From: Eledone cirrhosa | Lineage: Eukaryota | NCBI GenBank assembly: GCA_964016885.1 | Contig: OZ024761.1 | Location: forward strand, 15,438,001 to 15,502,000 | Length of the DNA: 64,000 nt | Direction: 5' to 3' | Shown here: in pieces, positions 45,172 to 59,579 of the stretch | How the letters are laid out: every line of letters starts with the position of its first letter | Numbering within the stretch: position 1 is the first letter of the stretch | Position numbers and translations under genes: made by a program | The notes under the pieces: generated by a model | The model's database searches: none | Seen by the model: only the letters and a program-made list of their open reading frames with translations | Told to the model about the DNA's origin: nothing

Positions 45172-45565
45172 CTGGTGGATTGGCAGAATCGGTAGAGCGT
45201 CGGACACCATGCATTGCAATATATAGTTACAGCTCTTTATAGTTCGAAACCAAATCCTGCCGAGGTTAACTTTGCCTTTTATCCTTACGAGGTCGATAAA
45301 ATAAAGTACCAGTAATGTACTGGGTAGTTGCTGGCCTTGTACCAAAAGTAGAAACCATTATCGGTAGAGGGTCGGACGCCATGCTTTGCAGCATAGAGTT
45401 ACGCCCGTTTATGATCTGAGTTCAAATCCCGCCGAGGTTAACTTTGCCTTTCATCCTTATGGGGTCGATAAAATAAAGTACCAGTAACGCACTGGGGTCG
45501 ATTTAATCGAATTTCCCCCACCCCCAAATTACTGGCCTTGTGCCTCTACTAGAAATCATTATTAT
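45172..45565 (+). mobile_element. Tandem dimer of S1 SINEs; further copies 45910-46070 and 46165-46385 (minus)
   Basis: The second head starts immediately after the first tail at about 45360. Confidence 0.85.
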
Positions 45566-46791
45566 TATCATCAGCATCATTATTATTCCTGTCCCATTTC
45601 TGGGATCGGTTCCCATGCAACCATGACGACGTGCCTATGTTTATTTTTAGACGGAAATAACTTAATAGCTTATCCACAGTTATGTCAACGGTCTTTTATT
45701 GGACGTCTTTCAGTATAAATTAAACCCCACTCAGCACCCATCCGCCCACGAGGAGGTCCACAATAAATAAATAGATAAACATATTGTTTTAAGAACCGTT
45801 TGCTTATCATGTGGGACAGATTTAACTCTTAATGTCCTGTACCACATGAAGCCGCCGTATTTAGAAATATATTCTTAAATAGTACAACACAATACTATGA
45901 CTGCCTCATATTGATTTCTAGTATAGGCACAAGGCCAGTAATTTGGTGAGACGGGGAAGTCGATTAAATCGATCCCCAGTACGTGACTAGTACTTTATTC
46001 TACCCCGCATGGATGAAAGGCAAAGTTAACCTCGGCGGGATTTGAATTCAGATCATAAAGGGCCGTAAACAGATTATCTAAGCCTTAACTCCGTGATATG
46101 CCAAATCGTATCTCTGGGGTGACTTTCTCTTCATACTATATTTTGCGACAAACTAAAATCAGAAATATTGGTTTCTTATATAGGCACAAGGCCAGCAATT
46201 TTGGGGGAGGGGATAGTTGATTAAATCGACCCCAGTACGTGACTGGTACTTTATTTTATCGACCCCGCAAGGATGGAAAGCAAAGTTAAGCTCGGCGGGA
46301 TTTGAACTCAGATCATAAAGGGCCGTAACTCTATGCTGCAAAGCGTGGTGTCCGGCCGTCTGCCGATACTGCCAAACCACTGCCCTCTGTGACTGCATCA
46401 TATTAAAAATTAAAGTCTTTATTCTGTCTAATACTGCAAATTTTCACAACAATCTGTCCACTAGTAGAGATGCTAAAAGCATTCGAATTAACAAACAAGA
46501 AACTACATAAGAGAGAGAGAGGGGGGGGGGGAGAAAGAAGAGAGAGAGAGAGAGAGAGATGGGGGAGTTTAGTTTGCATGAAAAAATTGTTTTGAGTTAA
46601 CTTCAATTCCAGAACAAAACTCATTTATGTATTACATTTGTGTGAATATATGTTTAAGAATATGTGTCTGTTTGATGCTTTGTGTTTAAGAATGTATGTC
46701 TGTGTGTGTGTGATTAAGATTGTATGTGTGTTTGAGACTGTGTGTGTGTGTGTGTGTGTGTGTGATGCTTTAAGATTGTGTTTGTGTTTCA

Positions 46792-46857
<66 letters not shown>

Positions 46858-47199
46858 TGCTTTAAGATTGTGTTTGTGTTTCAGATTGTGTGTGTGTGTG
46901 TGTGTGTGTGATGTTTTAAGAGTTGCACATCTTCGTTGAGTGAATAACTACAGTCTGTAGGTTTAAGTTCGTAATTTATTCCTTGCGTCACTTCCGCTCC
47001 AATTCCATTCACAAATCATCATCGTGTTATTCTCATAACTAGAGTCGCCAGTCATTGAGGTGCCACACTAGACATTTTGGCAGTGATCCGGCGCCACGGG
47101 TCTCTGAACACCGTCATAATTAAGCAGAAGGCTCGCAGTGTTGAATCTGTCAAGATTTGTCGCTTATTCTCATTCAGTTACGGTTGAAGTTCTTAAACG

Positions 47200-47330
47200 T
47201 AATCACAAATTATATTCTGATAGTTTCATTTTTCCCTCACACAACCCACCTATGGAATTCTTTTCTGCTTTCTTGCTTTCATGACCTACAATTTGTAAAA
47301 AAAAACCTTGAATTATGTTCTCTCTGTCTT
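47200..47330 (+). mobile_element. CR1/L2/Jockey-like LINE ORF2 C-terminal fossil
   Basis: SFFPHTTHLWNSF...DLQFVKKNL resembles the SFFPRTxxxWNxLP motif. Confidence 0.5.
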
Positions 47331-47659
47331 GTCCTTTCCCCCTCACAATAACCCCTTCACAATAACCCCTTGCATTTTACTGACATTACTGCCTTGATTG
47401 GGGTGAGTAATGAGTGTGTATGTATATCTAAATGTAAATATATATATATATATATAACAAAGAAGGTGTGGTAAGATACCAAGTGGACCATAACGCACCA
47501 GGGTACTCAATGCTTAGGGTAGTAGAGTGGGTAATAGGAAAAGAGTCAGGACCCCGACGGCTGAGCTCCGGCCTTTTCGACAGCTAGATCTAACTGTCCA
47601 AACGGCCGGAGCTCAGCCGTCAGGGTCCTGACTCTTTTCCTATATATATATTTGCCTTT

Positions 47660-47692
<33 letters not shown>

Positions 47693-48244
47693 TATATCAC
47701 ACTCTGCTCTGTAAGAACATAGAGTGCTCAACTGGCATACCGCCTATGGAAGCATCATAACTACCGTTAAACACACACACGTATATATATATAAAAGGCA
47801 AACAGGAATAACAAAGCAAACAACACTAAAATTATATTAGTTTTACGCTTGATATAGTAGGAAAAGTGTCTTAATGTTTCGGATGCTAGTCCTTGTCGGC
47901 TGCAGGAGTCCAGCTCTAATACCCATACAGAAGGGACTTGTACAGTTTGAGCTTTGATGGAATTGTTTTGACACATGATATCCCCAGCCTCATTATGGCC
48001 GATGAGACCAGGCCAAGCCATGTTTGTTTGTTTGATTGTTATCCCCTTTGTTGAGTTAAATTCAATACACACACGAACATGTGAATGTCATCTAAACAAC
48101 CACACATACTTACACACTTTTAATTTTAAACTTTACACACCTGCTCAACTTTGTGCGTAGAACACAACAAGAGAAACGTCACTAACAACAATAAACTTCA
48201 CAACAGAACAATACACTAGAGGCCGAGGGCACGAACCCACTGTG

Positions 48245-48978
48245 CGGCATCTTGAGCGAATAGCCTCAAGTTGGTTGACCCAAGTTTTGTGGCATCTTGA
48301 GCGAGTATTTTTACCATAGCCTGGAGTTGGTTTATCCAAGATTTGTGGTATCTTGAGCGAGTATTTTTACCATAGCCGCCTGGAGTTGGTTGATCCAATA
48401 TTTGTGGCATCTTGAGCGAGTATTTTTATCATAGCCTGGAGTTGGTTTATCCAAGATTTGTGGCATCTTGAGCGAGTATTTTTATCATAGCCTGGAGTTG
48501 GTTTATCCAAGATTTGTGACATCTTGAGCGAGTATTTTTACCATAGCCTGGAGTTAGTTGATCCAAGATTTGTGGTATCTTGAGCAAGTATTTTTACCAT
48601 AGCCTGGAGTTGGTTGATCCAATATTTGTGGCATCTTGAGCGAGTATTTTTACCATAGCCTGGAGTTAGTTGATCCAAGATTTGTGGTATCTTGAGCAAG
48701 TATTTTTACCATAGCCTGGAGTTGGTTGATCCAATATTTGTGGCATCTCGAGCGAGTATTTTTACCATAGCCTGGAGTTAGTTGATCCAAGATTTGTGGT
48801 ATCTTGAGCAAGTATTTTTACCATAGCCTGGAGTTGGTTGATCCAATATTTGTGGCATCTTGAGCGAGTATTTTTATCATAGCCTGGAGTTGGTTGATCC
48901 ACGTTTTGTGGCATCTTGAGCGAGTATTTTTCACCATAATCTTGGGCTAGTTGATCCAAGCTTTTTGGCATCTTGAGT
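48245..48978. repeat. 56-bp minisatellite, about 12-13 copies
   Basis: GTGGCATCTTGAGCGAGTATTTTTACCATAGCCTGGAGTTGGTTGATCCAAGATTT in direct tandem with no spacers. Confidence 0.95.
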
Positions 48979-49226
48979 GGGATTTGAACTCAGAACAGGA
49001 ACAAATACTGCAAGGCATCTGTCCGACTCTCTACCGGTTTTGTCTGTTCGTTATTATTTCGTACGAATAATTTCTTTTTAAAATTTCTGATCACCAACGC
49101 GGATTTCTGCGATTGGACCACAGCCATTCTGGAGCAAAATCTTCAAAGGGATTGTTGGTCGATCATATCGACCCCAGCATTTATTTTCCAAACTAGTACA
49201 TATTCAAGTGTGTGTATATATATATA

Positions 49227-49288
<62 letters not shown>

Positions 49289-49384
49289 ATCTATATATAT
49301 ATATAAACATACACACACGTATATATACGTACATATACTTTTTAAACTTGAATCCTTTTTATATATAAATACACACACACACAC

Positions 49385-49435
<51 letters not shown>

Positions 49436-49459
49436 TACATATATATATATATATATATG

Positions 49460-49490
<31 letters not shown>

Positions 49491-49639
49491 TGACATCCAA
49501 AGCAGAAACCAAACTCCGTATTGATTGAAATAGAAAACATCTACAACAACAATACAACCACAACAATACAACAACAATAACAACCACAACAGATCCCTTA
49601 TCTAATGTTTGTGCTACATGCAGGGAACTAACTACAAAG

Positions 49640-49818
49640 CAGTGGGGTCCGCCGGTGAGTCAGAGTGAAATCCCAGTTTAGCCAATAGAAAGTCATTTTA
49701 CATACGAAGGACGTTCGCTACGGTTCGGTTTAGTTCGCTTTAGTTCGCTTTAGTTTGTGCTGTATCGACCTACATAGATTGTTCTCGGAAGTTAGTGTGT
49801 AAAAAGTATCGATTGATT

Positions 49819-49890
<72 letters not shown>

Positions 49891-49935
49891 TCTCTCGGGC
49901 TGACTCATCCAGTGACCATGGAATCATGACGTCAT
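49640..49935. promoter_or_regulatory. Candidate promoter/enhancer motif cluster
   Basis: TGAGTCA 49656-49662, GCCAAT 49681-49686, TGACTCA 49901-49907, TGACGTCA 49927-49934 and a (CT)n tract. Confidence 0.3.
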
Positions 49936-50606
49936 TTTTTCTTTTGTTTTTACTAAGGATGCTGATGGCGGTGTTGGTGATATTGGTATTGGTGGTGGTG
50001 TTGGTAGAGGTATTGTTATTGGTGGTGGTGGTGGTGGTAGTGTTATTGGTGGTGGTGGTGGTGGTGGTGGTAGTGTTAGTGATGGTGTTGGTGATATTGG
50101 TATGGATGGTGGTGGTGGTGGTGGTGGTGTTAGTGATGGTGTTGGTGATATTGGTATGGATGGTGGTGGTGGTGGTGGTGGTGGTGTTAGTGATGGTGGT
50201 GGTGGTGGTAGAGATGGTGGTGGTGGTGGTGTTACTGATGGTGTTGGTGATATTGGAATGGATGATGGCGGTAGAGATGGCGGTATTGGTGGTGGTGGTG
50301 GTGGTGGTGGTGGTGGTGGTAGTGGCAGTATTGTTACTGGTAGTGGTATGGTGGTGTTAGTGATTATTGGTATTGGTGACGGTGGCGGTAGTGGTGTTGG
50401 TGGTATTGGTGGTGGTAGTGATGGTAATTTTGATAGTGGTATCGGTAATGGTGGTGGTAGTGATGGTGGTATCGGTAATGGTGGTGGTAGTGATGGTGGT
50501 ATCGGTAATGGTGGTGGTGGTGTTGGTGGTAGTTTATTTTGATGCGTCTGTGTACAATAATATATGAGGGGTGGGTGGATCCTGATAAAGATGGGATAAA
50601 TAAGGT

Positions 50607-50673
<67 letters not shown>

Positions 50674-50983
50674 TATATACATACATATATATATATATAC
50701 ATACAGTGGTTTATTGTCCTACAATAAAACTCACCTCCTACATATATATACATATATATATATATACATACACATGTATATATATGTATATATATATATA
50801 CATACACACACACACATATATGCATATACATACACACACATATACATATACATACACACACACACATATATATATACATATACACACATATATATATATA
50901 TATGCTGTATACACATATACATACATACATATATATACTGTATACACATATACATACATACATATACTGTATACATACATACA

Positions 50984-51043
<60 letters not shown>

Positions 51044-51061
51044 TATATGCTGTATACACAT

Positions 51062-51109
<48 letters not shown>

Positions 51110-51120
51110 TGTATACACAT

Positions 51121-51163
<43 letters not shown>

Positions 51164-51181
51164 TATATGCTGTATACACAT

Positions 51182-51221
<40 letters not shown>

Positions 51222-51409
51222 TAACTCTCAGTGGCCTCAGGCATATTTTCCAATCCCAAAAGCAACCATGACGACGGTGATATGGTGAGGTTGTTTGTGG
51301 TGGTGATGGTGGTGGTAGTGGTGGGGTAAGTTGTGGTAATGGTAGTAATGGTGGTGGTAGATTAATCATAAATTCTGCACTATCATAGCTGATCTGGGAC
51401 TCACCAATA

Positions 51410-51501
<92 letters not shown>

Positions 51502-53239
51502 GTCTGTGTGTGTGTATACAGATATATGTAAACATTTATCTAATCATATCTCTCTCTATATATATATAATAATTCATATATATATATATATATATATACA
51601 TATATATATACATTCATATATATATATATATTCATATATATATATACATATATATATACATTCATATATATATATATACATTCATATATATATATATACA
51701 TTCATATACATGAAGACTAAAATCCAAAGAGGGCTCGATAAGGAAAATATATATCAAATATATAAGAACCGTAGAGCAAATATTTATTAAAATAACAGAT
51801 TAAAGTTTAAGCAAAGAATCGCTGCTTTCACCCTTAACGGGATCTGTTATTTTAATATATATATACATTCATATATATACATATATTCATATATATATAT
51901 ATACATTCATATATAATTCATATATATATTATATATTCATATATGTATATACATACCTATAGACACATATACACCACATATACACCCCTAATGTACACTC
52001 ATATCCACACACATATATACACATATATATATTACACACACCTTAAATACTCGTGTGCACCTATTCGTTAATTACTATAAAAGAATACCGTTAAAATTGC
52101 AGATTAGTCACAGATACGACTGATACACCTAGATATGTGGCACAGAGGTGTGTGTAAGTGTGTAGGGTGTGTAGTGTGTAGTGTGTGTAATGTGTAGTGT
52201 GTGAGAGAGAGAGAGAGTGTGTGTGTAGTGTGTGTAGTGTGTGAGAGAGAGAGAGTGTGTGTGTAGTGTGAGAGAGAGGTAGTGTGTAGTGTGTGAGAGA
52301 GTGTGTGTGTGTGTAGTGTGTGAGAGAGAGAGAGTGTGTGTGTGTAGTGTGTAGTGTGTGTAGTGTGTGAGAGAGAGAGAGAGTGTGTGTGTAGTGTGAG
52401 AGAGAGAGAGTGTGTAGTGTGTAGTGTGTGAGAGAGTGTGTGTGTGTGTGTAGTGTGTGAGAGAGAGAGTGTGTGTGTAGTGTGAGTGAGAGAGAGAGAG
52501 CGTGTGTGTAGTGAGAGAGAGAGAGAGAGAGCGTGTGTGTAGTGTGGGAAAGAGAGAGTGTGTGTGTAGAGAGAGAGAGCGTGTTTGTGTGTGTGTGAGA
52601 GAGAGATAGAGAGAGAGAGAGCGTGTGTGTGTACGTGTGTGAGCACGTGTGTGTGATGTGAGAGGCGTGTGTGTATGTGTGTGTGAGAGAGAGAGTGTGT
52701 GTAGTGTGTGAGAGAGAGAGTGTGAGTGTAGTGTGAGAGAGAGAGAGTGTGTGTGTGTGTTTAGTATGAGAGAGAGGGAGAGCGTGTGTATGTGTGTGAG
52801 AGAGAGAGAGAGCGTGTGTGTGTATGTGTGTGAGCACGTATGTGTGATGTGAGAGACATGTGTGTATGTGTGTGTCAGCGTGTGTCACAGTTACTAAAAT
52901 AGCATACACCATTTACTGACACTCGTCACAAACTTTCTAGGCATCTAGCAATCGGGTTTCGATTTTTAGTTAAAAGTCTCATATTTCACGCCTCGCCATT
53001 TTTTTTTTAAAATTATATTTTTGAAATGCTTATTTTTCTTGTTGTTGCTGCAGTTGTTGTTGTCGTTGCTGCAGTTGTTGTTGTTTAACCCCATGCCCCA
53101 TGCTAGTAGGGTTATCTCGATCACCCTCATGAAAATGTGCTCAAAATATTAAAAAATAAAAAAGCAGATTGTATGAGAAAGCAGCCACAAACGAACGATT
53201 TGCTATTAAATTAATATATATATGTGAATATGTGTGTGC

Positions 53240-53276
<37 letters not shown>

Positions 53277-53286
53277 TGTGTGTATG

Positions 53287-53317
<31 letters not shown>

Positions 53318-53462
53318 GCCACTGTGTGTGTGTGCCTATATATATATATATATATATATATAGGCACACACACACATATATATATATATATATACATACA
53401 TATACACTGTGTGTGCTTATATATACATATATATTTATTTATATATGCCTGTGTGTGTATAC

Positions 53463-53500
<38 letters not shown>

Positions 53501-53541
53501 GACACAAGTTGATACATAGATACATATGCATGTGTGTATAC

Positions 53542-53576
<35 letters not shown>

Positions 53577-53838
53577 GGTATGTGTATACGTGTGTGTGTG
53601 GGAATGTGTGTGTGTATCAGTATACATATGTTTATATGTACCTGAACAGTAAAATACCGTGGGAAACTAACAAGACAAACAACAGCAGCTTTACACAGGA
53701 GTTTGTTGTTGTTAGTGTTGTTGTTGTAGTTTGGTGAATGGTATGTTGTGGTGGTAGTAGTAGGGGTGCTGGTGGCGGTAGCAGTAGTAGTGGGGGGCTT
53801 TGGTGTTGATGCTAATAGTAGAATAGTAGTAGTTACTT

Positions 53839-53894
<56 letters not shown>

Positions 53895-54315
53895 CGTAGT
53901 AGTAATAGTAGTAGTAGTAGTATGGGTGTTTGTGGTGGTAGTAGTAGTATTTACTATATACTAACTACTTCAACCAAGACCGTCATCACCACTTCTCCCT
54001 CACCCACACTAATACTACTAATACCACCACCACCACTACTACAACCAATCTAATCTACTACCACCATGACTGCTACCACCACCACCACAAATATCATCAT
54101 CATCATCATCATCCCATTACACACAACCACCCTAATCCACCATAACGCCCCTCCACTCACGAACAACAATACCATCACGCCCATCACCACTAACAACAGC
54201 AACAATAACAACGGTACTATCACACACCACCACATTCACAAGCTAACCCACCGGCACCACTTCGCCCTAACACAACACCACCACCACCACCACCAACACC
54301 ACTATCATCACCAAG

Positions 54316-54459
54316 GGCCGGCAGCCAAAACGATGGCTTGGCAATGTCAACTTATGGACTGGACTTGATCCTTGCTCTTTGAAGTCTGCTGCTGGTGATC
54401 GAACTTTGTGGAAAGAGATATCACATGTTAATGCGCAGTCTGCAACTGGCGGAGTTTAG
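54316..54459 (+). mobile_element. RTE-clade LINE ORF C-terminal fragment
   Basis: GRQPKRWLGNVNLWTGLDPCSLKSAAGDRTLWKEIS fits the RTE GRxxxRW...AxDRxxW motif. Confidence 0.7.
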
Positions 54460-54479
54460 CGTCACAAGAGATACATATA

Positions 54480-54789
54480 CAGTGGAACTTAATTCGTTCC
54501 TGAAGGCCATTCGTCATCCGAAATATTCGTAAACCGAAACTATTTTTCCCATACGTCATGTAGAGAGAGAGTGAGGGAGAGAGAGACTGCGTGAAAAACA
54601 GATAGATATTCCCATAATAAATAACTTCACAGTAAGTAACTCGTTCCTGCCGATAGTTTAAGCTTGTCGCCAACTATTGTAGCCAGTTTGAGTGTTCGTT
54701 GCGTCAACCGAGACGTTTTATGTTTGGAAAAATTGTTCGTTAAACGATTTGTTCGTGATGTGAGGCGTTCGTGAGCCGAGGTTCTACTG
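54480..54789. mobile_element. pogo/Tigger-like MITE; possible tiny relative at 1175-1233
   Basis: TA|CAGTGGAAC...GTTCTACTG|TA: inverted termini with a TA target duplication. Confidence 0.75.
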
Positions 54790-55803
54790 TATATAAAGCT
54801 AGACTATATTATCCAATGTAAAATCCTTCCATTTAAAAAAATGATAAGCTTCTGATATCTGAGGGAGATTTGGCTGCTATTTGTGGCACGTCGAGGGAAA
54901 GCCTACTATAGACGCACCTCGGTTATGTCATGAGGCTTGGAAAGAAGACGAAGAGGAAACTTAATCCAAATCTTGAAATCTTGTCTTACAAAACACCCAG
55001 AGATAGAAAGAGAGAGGACGGAGAGAGAGTATGTGAGTCTCACAGATCAACTGACTTAATCTGCAGGTGTTGCTGACGTCATCAGGCTCTGTTCATCTCT
55101 CATATCTGTTCATGATCCACCATGACGGATATTTGATCTAATACTTAAGATACGTTGCCTTTCTGGCGATGTCTTATTGTACACAGATATAAACATTACG
55201 TCTCTATCTACGCTAAAAATACCAGCTAAATCTCACTCAAAACACACCCTGGTGTCTTTAATCAAATCTATAAAGAAAGAAGATAGTGTATAATGTATGT
55301 AGTTTAAAATACGTATAATTGGTCTTACACACACACACACACACTTGTACTGCGCTGGGAAGAGGAACTTGCCAGGTGCTGATCCATGGTCTCAGACATA
55401 CATACACATACATATGTATGTGAGTGTCACTCGCGCTCCCATATGTGTGTGTGTGCGTTTTTAACACTTGATATAGTAGTAAATGGGGTCTTAAGAAGTT
55501 AGAATGAAAAATAAATGAAATAGAAAGAAAGATATATATAGATATATATATATATATATAGTAATAATAATAAATGTGAAGACTAAAATCCAAAGAGGGC
55601 TCGATAAGGATAAATATATATCAACTATATAAGAACCATAGAGCAAATATTTATTAAAATAACAGATTAAAGTTTAAGCAAAGTAACTGAAAGTTTCAGA
55701 AGATCCCGTTAAGGGTGAAGCAGCGATTCTTTGCTTAAACTTTAATCTGCTATTTTAATAAATAAATATATATAAATATTAAAGTAACATATATATAGTA
55801 AAG

Positions 55804-55870
<67 letters not shown>

Positions 55871-55962
55871 TATATATATAATAAATGTAATCTGAGATTT
55901 TGTATTCAGCCATGTAGAGCGAAATTTTCTTTTTCTTTTATATATATATATATATATATATA

Positions 55963-56149
55963 CAAGGTGGGTCAGAAAAGTTCCAGGACTGATGTCACAA
56001 AAGATTTATTTCAAACCCAAACTTAACACTAATAGTTTTCTCCTTCAAAATAATCCCCCTGGAGTCTAATGCACTTTTCCATCCTTTTCTGCCATGCATG
56101 CATGCACTCCTGGAAGGATTCTTCCGGGATCCTCCGCAGTTCCGTCATA
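55963..56149 (-). mobile_element. mariner transposase C-terminus and terminal repeat
   Basis: LRRIPEESFQECMHAWQKRMEKCIRLQGDYFE*, and the terminus TA|CAAGGTGGGTCAGAAAAGTTCC. Confidence 0.8.
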
Positions 56150-56811
56150 AGAGTCAACAGCCATCTAAAAAAAAAAAAAAAAAATCCTACCAAATCAATG
56201 GGTGGCAGTAGTTCCAGCTGCACACATCGAAAGACTGGTGTAGTGGTTCTGAGAACAATGGGGCTTTGCAGATGATCAATGCAAATTGAGAATGGAAAGG
56301 TGCTCCCGCTCGAGTTAGAAGAGAACTATTTACCTTCAGAAGCAGCGACCCCTGATTGTATTCAGTAACCAAAACAAATATGAAGTACACCAAATCCAAT
56401 GCTCCTAGGGGCGGCCCTGGTTCTTCTTATTTGCGAGGGTAAACTCAGCCAGATTAGATTAGCTTAGATGTATGGTTTTCAAAATAATTTAAATTTGTGT
56501 TTCCTATTCAACAATTCTATGTTAAACCCACTTTGACCTCATTTTGATGTACCTGTAACTTAAAAATGTTAGCCACCAAATCTTTTCTGTTTATCTTTTT
56601 GGGCGGGGAAGAGGATGGAGGTGGGGGAGGGGGGGTCGTCGCCGTTTATTGTGTTGTCACCAAATAATTTCAGAGTCAGATGGATGACACAGCGATAAGT
56701 CACAAGAGGTGATCTGTCGGTCGATCGGGTGAAAAGCCTCGACTATTTTACTTAAGCGGCTTTTGTTTGAAAATAAGGTCTGTCATCTTTTATGTATATA
56801 TATAACATAGG

Positions 56812-56842
<31 letters not shown>

Positions 56843-57271
56843 ATGTATATAATATATATAAAATATATATATATATATACATATATGTATATATGTATAT
56901 AATATATATAAAATATATATATATATACATATATGTATATAATATATATAAAATATATATATATATACATATATGTATATAATATATATAAAATATATAT
57001 ATATATATGTCTGTATATATATATATATATATACATATATGTATTTATGTATATAATATATATAAAATATATATATATATGTATGTATGTATATATATAT
57101 ATATATACATATATGTATTTATGTATATAATATATATATATATACATATATGTATTTATGTATATAATATATATATATATATATATATGTGTATGTATGT
57201 ATATATATATATATATACATATATGTATTTATGTATATAATATATATATATATACATATATGTATTTATGT

Positions 57272-57304
<33 letters not shown>

Positions 57305-57401
57305 TTATGTATATAATATATATATATATACATATATATATATATGTATTTATGTATATAATATATATATATATACATATATGTATTTATGTATATAATA
57401 T

Positions 57402-57433
<32 letters not shown>

Positions 57434-57545
57434 GTATTTATGTATATAATATATATATATATGTACATATATGTATGTATGTATATAATATATATATATA
57501 TATGTATGTATGTATATAATATATATATATATGTATATAATATAT

Positions 57546-57600
<55 letters not shown>

Positions 57601-57606
57601 ATATAA

Positions 57607-57641
<35 letters not shown>

Positions 57642-57680
57642 CGTATGTATATAATATATATATATATGTATATAATATAA

Positions 57681-57764
<84 letters not shown>

Positions 57765-58032
57765 AACACAGAGACAGACAGACAAATATAGATAGATGGG
57801 TATATAGATATATATGTATGTATATGTGTATGTATGTTTATTTGCACTAGGGTTTCTTCAAGCTGAAAGCAAAGATATTCAAAATAAATCCTCTTTTATA
57901 AAGTACGAATGAAGTCAGACGGCTTAGTTTCACAAGTACAAACATAAACACAACACATAAAAAATGGCTGAATTGTTGTTGTTGTCATTATTGTGGTGAT
58001 TATTGTTGTTGTCACAGTTGTTGTGAGTGTCA

Positions 58033-58470
58033 AAGTTCAAATCCCGCCGAGGTTAACTTTGCCTGTCAGCCCTACGGGGTCGATAAAATAAAGTACCAGT
58101 AATACACTGGGTATTTTCTGGCTTTGTGCCAAAAGTGGAAACAATTATAATTATTATTAAGTGTTGTTGATTGGTAAAATCGGTAGAGCATCTAGGGTTG
58201 ATCTAATCGACTCCCCCACCCCCCAAAAAAATTGCTGGCCTTTGCCTATATACGAAACTATTATTATTCAAAGTACCGGTGGATTGGCAGTATCGGTAGA
58301 GGGTCGGACGCCATGCTTCCCAGCATAGTTACGTCCCTTTACGATCTGAGTTCAAATCCCGCCGAGGTTGACTTTGCCTTTCATCCTTACGGGGTCGATA
58401 AAAATAAAGTACCAGTAATGCACTGGGTAATTGCTGGCCTTGTGCCTAAAGTAGAAACAATTATTATTCA
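58033..58470 (+). mobile_element. Cluster of S1 SINEs; full copy 58277-58467
   Basis: Matches the other S1 copies. Confidence 0.85.
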
Positions 58471-58607
58471 AAGTACCAACAACACACTTCGGCCAATTTA
58501 ATCGTTTTCCACTTCTCTTCGCATTGCTGGCCTTGCGCCAAAAAGTGAAAACAATTTTTCCAATTCCATCCCGCCCGTCCCCTCAATCTATCTTATTTCT
58601 CATTCTT

Positions 58608-58643
58608 TCTTCTGATGAAGGACTAGCGTCCGAAACGTTAAGA
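58608..58643 (+). ncRNA. Minimal hammerhead, family P3; decayed copies near 60790-60825 and 47865-47900 (minus)
   Basis: TCTT-CTGATGA-A-GGAC(TAGC)GTCC-GAAACGTT-AAGA; stem III is reduced to the palindrome AACGTT. Confidence 0.75.
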
Positions 58644-59252
58644 CCCTCTTCCTGCTATATCAAGCGTTAACCTAATATATCCCTGCCATATACTGTACCG
58701 ATTGTGTTGTTATTTCTGTTAACCTTTTACATACATATATATATATATTTTTTTTATATTGTAACGTTTATTTATTTTTTGTTAGTTCAGGTTGTCTGTA
58801 TGTTTTGTTTGTTGTTTTTGGCTCAATTCGAGAAATAGAAACAAACTTTCAATTCAGCCATTTTTTATGTTTGTATTTGTTAAATTAAGATGTCTGACTT
58901 CACTTGGTGTACTTCATGAAAGAGTCAGAATTTGTTTTGTAAATCTTTCGTCTTCAGCTTGAAGAAACCTTAGTGCAGATAAACATACATACACACATGC
59001 ATGCTTATATATACACACACACACACACACAACATCTGGTTCACAAAATTATACATCTTCATACATATATATATATATACACATATATATGTGTGTGTGT
59101 ACGTACGTATATATGTATATATATATATATATATATTATGTATATACACACATACATACATATATAACATGCTTGTTTTATTCACTTATTCATTGAGCTT
59201 GCTAAATAAATATATGTATATATATATATATGTAGGTGTGTGTGTGTAAGTG

Positions 59253-59314
<62 letters not shown>

Positions 59315-59317
59315 ATA

Positions 59318-59349
<32 letters not shown>

Positions 59350-59548
59350 CGCACATACTTGTGTGCGTTTATTTTAATTAGGTACCTACCTGCCGGTGGC
59401 AAGGTTGCAAAGAACTGAACAAAAGGAAACTAGTTTGACACTTGTTATATTTACACAAACGTTCTATGTATGTGTATGTGTGTGTATGTATGTGTATGTG
59501 TGTATATATATATATATATATGTATGTGTGTATGTGTGTGTACGTTTG

Positions 59549-59559
<11 letters not shown>

Positions 59560-59579
<20 letters not shown>

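Larger units (their letters stand above)
57835..58990. mobile_element. Element bounded by ~140-bp diverged inverted repeats, with nested SINEs and a hammerhead element
   Basis: TGCACTAGGGTTTCTTCAAGCTGAA...AAAAATGGCTGAATT is inverted relative to AATTCAGCCATTTTT...TTCAGCTTGAAGAAACCTTAGTGCA. Confidence 0.65.

Noticed and set aside
48245-48978. CRISPR-like array
   Set aside because: Units are contiguous with no unique spacers, there are no cas genes, and the context is eukaryotic.
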